From: Paraphysomonas bandaiensis
Taxonomy: Eukaryota; Protista; Chrysophyceae
NCBI GenBank assembly: GCA_965644295.1
Contig: CBFFRP010000263.1
Coordinates: 434,001-498,000 of the forward strand
Direction: 5' to 3'
Length of the DNA: 64,000 nucleotides
Under the pieces are notes generated by a model, which made no database searches, was not told the origin of the DNA, and saw nothing but the letters and a program-made list of their open reading frames with translations. The position numbers were made by a program, and so were the translations under genes. Shown in pieces: positions 54,201 to 64,000 of this stretch (the first letter of the stretch is position 1; each line of letters begins with the position of its first letter).

Positions 54201-56298
54201 TTTAGCGTTGAAGGTGTTTTTAGATTATATTGGTTGTTAATGGCTCCAATTAAGTCGTTGCTACTTGTCCTACAACGTAATTGAAATAATCGAGTACACT
54301 ACGTGGTTAAAATTCTGACATAAATTTTGTGTTGATGTGTTTCGAGTTGCGACATCATTCAGGCTACGAATACGTGTTTTAATTCGATCCTTTTGGCCCG
54401 CATACATAGTTGTAAGTGCCTCCACTTCTCGATACCTTATCTGTTGCAACCCCTCGTTCCGCAAGTGTTCGCAGCATAATACGGTCTTTAAATACCTGTT
54501 CCACCCTTGGATTGGCGGCGACGTATGTCACCCCCCTATTTGCCCGGTAGGCTGCTTTGAACTAATTGAGGAAGTTATCAAAATAATTCTAACGGAACTA
54601 GATCTCTCCGGTTGGTGTTTTCAAAATCATGCTTAAATTTTGGAAACACCTGATTCACAAATGTTATGTCGTCCGTACCTATACTATCAATGATTCGAGA
54701 AAGGGCCGTGGCGTTCACAATTTGTTTCATATTATCATAAAAAAGTTGACGCATTTTGTTTATGTTTTTTGTCATATAAGAATGTCTGATTACTACATGA
54801 GAACGGTTGTGTATAGAAACTAGTTTTACATCTATAGACTAACTAATAACTGGACTTGCAATATACTATTAGTGCTGAGGCAACCGTCTCGGGACTGCTT
54901 GTGCATCGCTGCGAGCACCATGGTGCAACCGTCCCTCTTGTATTGAGGTTAATCGGGGGGTCTACCTTTGGGCAATGTGTCTGACGGGCCTGTGCCACGG
55001 ATTATGTGAGGAGTGGATAGGGCGAGATGTAGATGAGAGTGTAAGTCGATGGTGGAGATGGTGCTGGTTGTCGAGGTGGGGTTTCGGCCACAAGTAAGGA
55101 TGAGTTGTTTCCGGAGTGGTTGCGCTTGCCTCTGTGTCTGGTTCGGACTCTTGAAGAGGATATAATTCTAGAGGTGGTTGTCGCCTGAAGTAGCTGGAGT
55201 ATTTTGGTGTCGGGTGAGTATCCTGGGACTGGCGTTGCTGTGAGTGTGTCGGTGTTGTGACCGGTGTTACTGGAGTTGTGTCTGCGTTGTGGTGTCTGAG
55301 TCCCCTATTTCGAAGCATACGGGCCCTCCGTTATATAGGGGAAGCAGAATACATGCGGCTTTTGCTAGTTAAGGCAGTGTGAAACCAGGGATGGGGGAGC
55401 GTGCGTGCGCGAAGTTTGTCAAGCTTACTGTGGTGTGCTTGGAGAACATCTTCACGTATGTGAATGATGTCACGGTGCTCTATATATGCGAAAGCGATCC
55501 ATTCTGACAAAATGGTCACTCACCCGAATTCACAACGTATTCACTTCACTATTCAATAATGCAGAACAAAACGAAATCATACTGCACAAACTATACTCCG
55601 GCTTTTTCTAGTGCTCTACTAGTAGAAAAAAGATGATCCGCAACGACGTAAATCCACCACCCGCGCTACGCCCACACCTACGCATACACAGCGACGTAGA
55701 AGGTAACGAGATACCTGTGTTGCGATTACCACTCATTCCCAATAAACGCGTCTTTGGGGTTCTTTTTGAAGGAACGGAACAGGGAATAAAACGAATTCGA
55801 GACGAGAAACATGCGTGTGAGTGTCAAATACATCTTGACCGTCAAAAATCGATCTCAAACGCGTGAAATCATTCGGGAATGTCACATCGGATTGATACAT
55901 GATGGTGTTGGTGAGTGCGGGTGGGCTTTGGTGGGGCGGGTTGTATAACTATTGATGAGTGAGAATGAGCTCAACATTTTTTTGTTATTTCATATGGGGT
56001 CAGAAAGACCGATTCTGATTAGTGGAAAAAATCCACTCAAAATTTAAACCAATTTAAATATTTTTAAATTTTTATGTGTGTTTTTTCGGGGTAACCCTTT
56101 TGGGTATTCAATTTTGTAGGGCACAGGCATCAAATATATTATATATATATTTAGTTCCGACGCACTAATGATGATGTGTGACCAGGGCCACGATGATGAC
56201 TTAGAGTTATGTGCGATACTCTCCTTAGTCAACGTGACCGAGTTGGTCACACAAGGAAACACTGTACTACAATTGTATTTAGGAATACGGAGGAGGGG

Positions 56299-56579
56299 TG
56301 CTCCATTCTGAGCGCGTACTTAGGTAGAGCCGGGTGGGGTCGGGTGCCTAACTAATACTTGATTAAGTCCCATATGTTATTTGCTAGCTACCTACTGAAA
56401 CCAACTAGCTACATCATTATCACACGTTTTTTAGCGCTGAATATGCAGTGAGATAATGGGGCAGTGGGGAAGCGCTGAACTAAGCAATGTGTACATAGAT
56501 AGAGGTGCGCGGTCGCAACACTCAGCCGCACGCACTAGATGGTCAAACGGGGTGATAGTTACGCTGTCAATATGGGGCA
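56299..56579 (+). repeat. 3' LTR (281 bp)
   Basis: Preceded by the PPT and followed by TSD CTCAC. Confidence 0.9.
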
Positions 56580-56919
56580 CTCACTTCATTGAAAAGTGAG
56601 AAAATTTATAGTCGTGGTTTGTAAGGGGCAACTTGGTAAACGACTGTAATAGTACTTAAAGTATACACACTAACTCTTCTCATATTTACCCAACAATATT
56701 ACATTGATGCGAGTAGATATAGAGATATAGATATTACTACTTTCTTGCAAAAGCACGGAACCTTTCTACCTTAAAATGCTAGAAAAATAAAGATTTGTCC
56801 CGGAATGAGTGCTGAACTAGTTCCTATCTAAAAACTACTGTACACTGCACAATATCTGAAAAGAGGAGCTATATGAGTTATTCTACTTTACAAGTTATTA
56901 TGATTTCTTATTATCACTT

Positions 56920-57501
56920 GAAAAAATTAAGTAGAACATGTGCAACAGGTAAGAGGAAAAATGCCATGGTCCGGCGGCAATACGCAGTATACAGCAATAA
57001 ATATCCCCCCCCATTAAATTGCCAAAGATGCTCAGGTAACAGTACGTACTTGGCTCTCATCACGATAAAACAACGGAAATATAGGTGCCCCAACTGTTTT
57101 CAATGCCTCTTCCTCCAAGGAATAATCCAAATATGCTTCATAGTGCCTCGCTCTTGCACGTACAGTACCAACTAATTCAGAAGATGTGATAATCTCCGGT
57201 ACCTCTTTCACCTTGAAGCAATAATATATTTACGACAAGTGCAGTAATTATATAGTTCACATACTTTACAACACAGCCTTTTCAAGGTTTCATCGTTTCG
57301 TAGTGGCATTGGATCACCCAAAGTAGATCTTAGTGCAGCATTTTTATCAATTTTATCCAAACTTTCTTTTAGATATTCATCCCTCTAAATAAATAACAAA
57401 ATAGAGTCATACTTACAAGTTCATATATATAAACAAGACTATATTGTTACCTTCTCAGGAGAAAAGAAGTTAAACTCTGAAAATATTCCAAATAATGACA
57501 T
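56920..57501 (-). CDS. Small multi-exon hypothetical protein, not in the ORF track; ends uncertain
   Basis: Exons RDEYLKESLDKIDKNAALRSTLGDPMPLRNDETLKRLCCK and VKEVPEIITSSELVGTVRARARHYEAYLDYSLEEEALKTVGAPIFPLFYRDESQ join in frame over a GT-AG intron. Confidence 0.5.
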
Positions 57502-57595
57502 GTTCTTTGATATGAAATTAAGTTGTATTGAATTGTTTGGTATAGATGTGATATGCAAGTGTGATTATGAGTTTAATGGAGATGCACTGCACTGT

Positions 57596-57790
57596 GTATG
57601 TATGTATGTATGTATGTATGTATGTATGTATGTATGTATGTATGTATGTATGTATGTATGTATGTATGTATGTATGTATGTATGTATGTATGTATGTATG
57701 TATGTATGTATGTATGTATGTATGTATGTATGTATGTATGTATGTATGTATGTATGTATGTATGTATGTATGTATGTATGAATGTATGCA
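57596..57790. repeat. (TATG)n microsatellite, about 46 units
   Basis: Seen directly. Confidence 0.98.
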
Positions 57791-58066
57791 TGTGTATGTG
57801 ATGCTATCAATCCATTAAACTAAGAATACGGAGGAATACGGTGATGGAAGGTATGAGAATTGGAGGAGTATGCTCTGTATGCCAGCAGCTGTATACATGC
57901 TGTACCTGTACAGTACTGCTGTAGAGTGTGCGTAGATGTTGATGGTATAGTTCTCCATATGGCTATTTCCATACATATATATATATATATGCAGCTATAG
58001 AGTCACTCACACTGTTCATTACACGCATATCAATATAATTAATACATATATAATCTTATATTAATC

Positions 58067-58996
58067 ATGGGAGGTGATGGTGGTGTAATTGCAGTTAAAA
58101 GAAAGTTTATTAAAGAGTGTAAAACTGAAGAGAAGGTATATACTGTACATATTAATAAGAGCAACACTGATATATGTATATGACAGAGACAATATCAGGA
58201 TGTCAAAGATACACAGTTTGTAAGAGCTAGTACATGTGCTATTAGTGGTAGTCCTCTTCAGGACCCTATAGTTTGTTGTCGGTTGGGATATCTGTTCAAT
58301 AAAGAGGCCATACTCACTGCTATACTGGATAAGCGGTTAGATAAGGCATTTTCCCATATAAGAAAGCTTAAAGGTTGACTGTTGTGAATGAAATATTCTG
58401 TCTTATTTATTTTTATTATGATAGGTATTAAAACGCTGCAGTTTACCCCTAACCCGGAGTATCAAGAGAAAAGCAATGGGACTGCTGTGGCAAAGTATAT
58501 CTGTCCTGTGACAATGACTGCTTTTGATGGAGTCCATCCTTTTGTTGCTATATGGTCGACCGGTTATGTAATATCTGAGAAGGCCCTTAGAGAAATAGGA
58601 ATTCCGGGCCTTCAGACTGAGTATGGTCCCTTTAGTGAGAACGATATTGTTCGGTTGTTGCCATCAGAAGAGGAACTCAACACTCGCCGTGCCACCCTAG
58701 AAGCACAGAAAGAGTTGTCTGCCAGAAAAAATGAAGGGAAGAAACGAAGTAGAGAGCCACAAGGGGAAGGAGATCCGGAAGCATTGAAAGAGGCGGGCAA
58801 AAAGCACCAACGCTCAAAGGATCATGCCATTGTATCTGCACCCAAATCGGTCGTAAATGTCGCCAAATCTCATATCAATGAGAATGAAGGCAAGAGTGAG
58901 GTATATAAAAAACTGTTTCATAAAGATGACGACAAGAAGTCGTCCGATCGAGATCTGTTTATGTCTGTCGCTGGATTTCGATACACATTATCGTAA
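58067..58996 (+). CDS. RTF2: Replication termination factor 2 (Rtf2), 2 introns
   Basis: MGGDGGVI start, CAISGSPLQDPIVCCRLGYLFNKEAIL, YICPVT..FVAIWSTGYVISEKAL, KSEVYKKLF. Confidence 0.9.
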
Positions 58997-60769
58997 AGCA
59001 TGGTATCGCCTGTGTATTGAAAATACTTAGTTTTGTCGATAAACTTGTAGATTACGTTTGCTTTCCATGAGTTATTGATATTTTATTCAAATTAAGTCTA
59101 CTGCAATGAATATCTTATAATCGGAGATCACTTCTGCGATAAGAAACTTGCACCCATTGTCGTCAGTCTGTACATATTACCTAGTCACCTAGTCCATCCA
59201 ATTATATACATATAGCCATAGTCTCCAACCATAGACTCCAATGGATCTATTACTGGACGTAGTCAAAATGAGAGAAATTGGTGCAGTCAAGTAGTTGAAA
59301 AACTCGTCATTGAATAATTCAATTTTTAGTTTACAATTACTAGATGTTTATGAGATTCACCTAATCATCAACAAAAAATTTCACTCCAACATGGGAGCAT
59401 TCTCTATCCATCAATTAATGAATGCAGTTGTGTACATGCTATACATCACATTTCATAATCGCATTCGAATGAGAATTGTGCAATTTCTCTTGACCAAGTC
59501 TGGCGTAGTTCCTCAATTTTTTTATTTCATAGACATAGAGCATCACAAAATGAGGATGGACAAGGATGTCATCTGGGGATCTGGGGCATCAGAGAATCGA
59601 GTCTTATCCAGTTCTCGGAGAAAGAAATGCAATAGTTAGACACCAACAATGGGATACTAAGGTTCTCCGGTATATCCAGCATCAGGGAGTCAAGAGGAAG
59701 GGTGATATGGTACAAAAGAGGCAATATCTGGTTGAGGAGCGTGGGACTGCACAACAACAGAAATAGGGTCACCAAGGTCAGTACTAAGTGATGAATGTTT
59801 TATTATTAGCAATAGTTGGCGTTTAAGAATGTCAGAACTAATTTAGCATTGCAATTTAACTAACTATTGCTTACTAGAGCTGCTTGTGCGTCACCGTCAG
59901 CACCAAGGTGCAACCACTTTTGCTGTATCACACAAAGCAAACGCAGTGAACACGCAGAATGTTGATATATCTGTTGACTGTAAGATTTTTAAATCCTTAA
60001 GGTGAACTCATCCCGGATGATTTGACATCAGCAGGCTGCCTGAAACCCCGGTTACCCTTCAGCTGGGCCCAGTCCCGGATGCCCTTGAGGTGGGCCAATT
60101 CCCGGATCCCTGTTTATTCGTCAGGGCCCAAAGACGTCTACACAAGTGATACTTATTTGTGTCACATTATGTACCGGACAAGCATTTGGCTATATTAGCG
60201 GGCAGAATATTATCTGCTGACTATATATGCTATATGCTCACGTTAGTATCTCTGGTACTTATCCCCCAAAACACCACGAAAGTGCAAGTCCGAATGATTA
60301 TGAGGAGAAACTCGAACATCCTCAGTTGCCGGCGGTGTATGTGGTACGGCAAGGGGGTACAGGCTGAGACATATAGGGATATAAGGTGTGTGTGGAATAA
60401 AGGTGATGACAGATGACAAGGTAGCAGAGACGAAAGGAGAGGAGATGTTAGTCCGGAGTTTTCCGAGGGGGTAGAGTGTAAGGTACATTGTAATATATTA
60501 TCCTCGATTATCGGAGTTGGAAATGCAAAGATACTTGTATTTACAAGAAGAGGACCTTCTACTACACTCTTATAGCCATAAGGCTAAATATTTAAGTACA
60601 AAATTTTACAGCTGATACACTTCAGAACCAAAATATAAGATAATCCCAACATAACTCAATCATTTACAATTTACGAATATATGCCCCAATACACTGTTAC
60701 TAACACGACATACACTATATCATTTTGCAGATATATTTTATCTCCATATAGTACATACACGCAACCCAG

Positions 60770-62739
60770 CTAATACACTTTTATATCGCGGTCCCGTTTA
60801 AAAGTCTCGCTCTTGCGACGACTCATTTCGGCTTGAGATTTTTTTCTTTTCATGGTATTTGTAACTAATTCTTTCGGCTCCACAGTTGAATTTTGTGAAG
60901 CGGGCGGCTTATCTGATACTAAATTCGCCTTTGAGGCAGCCCGAGCGCGGTGTGTAGGACTCCCTTTAAATGAGGTTTCCGAGTAGCTAAAGAACGCTTT
61001 AGCCATAAAATATAGTATCCACACTTATTCCTACCTTGGCATCAAGATATCTTTGTTTGTGCTTCGTCTACGAAACTTGTCTCTCTCTGACTCACGCCTG
61101 AATAACATATTCATCACCCAGGGGGTGTTGACGAGCAATCATACAGTACCTCGACGAAGGAGTTATCATACTACTAGACCTCTGTCGTGGAAGCCACCCC
61201 GCGGCTCGCCCACAAGATGGAACATCTAGTGACAGACAATAACTGTTTTCCTGTTGGCAAAATCATGGTGGAATTGTGCTGACATACACATATTTCACCT
61301 GTTGTGTGACCTTCGTGGGAAGTTCTACGCCTGGCCAATCTACAAAGTTCCTGAAGCACAAATTACAATAAATATGGATATTCGTTACAACACACTTCTT
61401 GTTCGGCTGTTGTATATCTGGAGGGATCCAAGGTGGTTGTATTTTCCTGTCATCGAGATCTTTCCAATCGACCTGAAATAAAGAAGAGTTAGACTTGTTA
61501 GAGCTGACCCAAACGTGCATCAACATGGCAGATCACCTTTGCCACCCACTGTGAAGCCTTCACCCCTCTCAGTGCTAATCGCTGTTGTGGGGACTTAGTC
61601 AGTAAACCACGGATCAATACCCTGGCCTCATTTCCGACACTCATCGGAAAACTGACTTCCTTCCCATTAATGTTGTTAAAAACCTCGAACTTTGACATAC
61701 TGTCAGTATCACCAAAAGGGGCACGTCCTATTGACTAGACATAAGGCCATGGAATAATGCCGCAATTATAAACACAACCTGTAAGCATCTCGTACAGTAT
61801 ACATCCAAGACCCCACCAGTCCACAGGTAAACCATGAGCCCTCTTCATATGTCCACTGGCAATCTCAGGTGCAACATACATCGCCGTACCACACCCATCA
61901 TGAAGAGTCATGTCAGACCCTATCAGAGTCGCAAATCCAAAATCGCATAGCTTTATGTGTCCTTCAGAGTCGATCAATATATTCTCCGGTTTCAAGTCCC
62001 TGCATCGAGTACATCATAACTATAACGGGTACAACTAGTTCCGAAAAACCTGTATACAATAGATAGGCCGTGCATATAACCAAGGGCAGAGGCAATTTCG
62101 CAGAAATAAAATCGGGCTACATTCTCCTTAAATCGAACTTCTCGTTTCATTCGCATGTAGAGTTCACCACCCACAGCATATTCAAACACTAGTGCTATTG
62201 CAGTTGGTGCCTGCAAAGAGATAACTCATACACAGCACTGTAAAAGGATACTACAAACCTGATAGCCCCCAAAAAAATGAATTAAGAAAGGATGATCTAG
62301 TTTCCTCAAAATATTCATTTCCTGCCTTACTGTGATATAGTGAGATCACAAAGGTCAAACGTACCTGTTGTGTTCGCTCTGCACCCTTTGTATCAAATAT
62401 TATTTTTTTGGGAATGAACTTTATCGCAATGTACTTTGAACTTCGTCGGTGTTGAGCATAAAAAACTAGACCAAACTTTCCCTGACCTGAAATACAGGTA
62501 AGTGAGCTATCAGTTGAATGAAAACATCTCTGGGATACCTATCACAGATTGGAGTATGAATTCATCATGATTAAGTTGATCAATATCTGTACTCCCTGGA
62601 TGTAATAACCATTCTACTCTTTTTGTTCTATAATATAACATATACATATATAGATATCAGTACATATCGAATATATATACATGATGATCTACCCGGATGA
62701 TACTTGCATTGTATATTTCTTTGATGAACCACCTCCCAT
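60770..62739 (-). CDS. AGC-family Ser/Thr kinase (PKA-catalytic-like), multi-exon, possible N-myristoylation
   Basis: MGGGSSK start, [67 protein letters not shown]. Confidence 0.9.
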
Positions 62740-63145
62740 AGTACTGAATCAATTATAGTTTAATATAAATAAGTAGTAATGTGTGTATGTGTTATATACA
62801 AGCAGATATGTAGTAGGTAGTAGTGGGTAGTGGGTAGTAGTAGGTGATGGTGGTGGTAATGTATAGAAGATGTAATAGATGTATGTATATGTTACATTCT
62901 TAATACATTATTTAATAATAATAGAATGAAATATATTCCACTGTGTTTTAATGGATGTCAATACATGTTGTGTTAATAAAGGGTTCATTCATTCATATGT
63001 AAGTGAGGTGGGAGTGTGGTCACTTGATGGCATTAACAGACTGCTGCTTCTATTACTCCATACGTGTGTATGTAACTTCCTCTTGACATACTATAATATA
63101 GATAAATATATATTATCATTAGAGATGCTAATAGAATACACAGTT

Positions 63146-63218
63146 GCCGGGCTAGCTCAGTCGGTAGAGCGCAGGACTCTTAATCCTGTGGTCGTGGGTT
63201 CGAGCCCCACGTTCGGTG
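63146..63218 (+). tRNA. tRNA-Lys(CTT)
   Basis: GCCGGGC/GTTCGGT acceptor, CAGGA-ctCTTaa-TCCTG, GGTTCGAGCCC, T-run terminator. Confidence 0.96.
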
Positions 63219-63327
63219 CAAAATTTTTTCAATACTCTTATAATGATTTACTATAACTTCTTAATATATATATCGTAAAAAATGCCAAAGCCATTACCAA
63301 AGAAAGTCAGTTCGATACTGGCAATGA

Positions 63328-63400
63328 GGGCGACTAGCTCAATTGGTAGAGCGCACGCTTAGCATGCGTGAGGTAGTGGGATCGAAGCCCACGTTGTCCA
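63328..63400 (+). tRNA. tRNA-Ala(AGC)
   Basis: GGGCGAC/GTTGTCC acceptor with G3:U70, CACGC-ttAGCat-GCGTG, eukaryotic Ala-type GGATCG T-loop. Confidence 0.95.
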
Positions 63401-64000
63401 CATCTTTTTATTTTCGTCATCCATATACTGTGTTATACGTAGTGGTATATCTCTGTATTTTAGGATTGTCCACCTCTTTGGCCACTCATGTAGGGTACAC
63501 ATATCTGTACATATAGAGAAGTACGAGTGGTATGATGCCTCAGGCCACATACTTTTACTGTATGTACATGTATATGTATATATAACCATATACAATCTAC
63601 GTCTCATTATATTAAGTCTTATATCACTCTATATATGGACATATCACTCATAATACACTGATAACTATCCTCTCATGTTAACCCCTAGATATGTACATCG
63701 TTATATGTCAATCACCCGTCTCTGGCCTATCATACACCGCTCACAACCTCATATCCGGCCCTTCTCACTCCTTCCTAGTATATATGTACCCAGAGAATTT
63801 GATAAAGAACTTAAATCACTTATATCTGGTTCATTTTCATCAGCTGATATTAATAAGTTTCTATCCAATCATTTGAATGATATGTCAGAGCATGATATTG
63901 GCAATTTTATGCTACAATGTGGACATAGTCGTGTACGTATTAATGACAAATACATTAACCGAATATTGCTATATTTTAAGAGCAGTAGGAAACCTATATC

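Larger units (their letters stand above)
51174..56579 (+). mobile_element. Non-autonomous LTR retroelement carrying an F-box/ankyrin cargo gene
   Basis: LTRs 51174-51455 and 56299-56579 (TG...CA; about 3 substitutions + 1 indel). TSD CTCAC at 51169-51173 and 56580-56584. PPT GGAGGAGGGG at 56289-56298. No gag/pol recognised inside. Confidence 0.85.

Noticed and set aside
54270-55866. gag/pol or transposase remnants among the short ORFs inside the LTR element
   Set aside because: No RT, integrase, CCHC or DDE motifs recognised. A profile search could still find weak remnants.
51174-56579. Two independent MITEs with imperfect TIRs
   Set aside because: Neither copy has its own TSD. The TSD matches only across the pair, and a PPT precedes the right copy.
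57500-57818. MYVC / HTYI repeat ORFs
   Set aside because: Translations of the (TATG)n microsatellite.

Overview
Gene-dense, AT-rich eukaryotic nuclear DNA with many short (about 45-60 bp) GT-AG introns. PACRG-like and CCDC113-like genes imply a flagellated organism; a stramenopile-like protist is my inference only. The window holds about 19 protein genes, 4 tRNA genes and many mobile elements. Highlights: (1) A 5.4-kb LTR element (51174-56579) has TG...CA LTRs, a CTCAC target-site duplication (TSD) and a polypurine tract, but no recognisable gag-pol. Instead it carries an intact F-box + 15x ankyrin-repeat gene of the giant-virus/algal type, with variation concentrated at a few positions per repeat. 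(2) An intact, apparently very young Ty1/copia element (712-5890) has non-canonical TATT...AATA LTR ends, and its gag ATG is formed at the LTR/PBS junction. (3) A secreted YHYH domain is fused to a DUF4239/bestrophin-like membrane domain. (4) A DUF1796-like peptidase gene and a bacterial-type PLP decarboxylase are horizontal-transfer candidates. (5) There are hAT deletion derivatives and a family of short poly(A)-less insertions with 11-12 bp TSDs. All calls come from reading the sequence by eye; no database searches were run.
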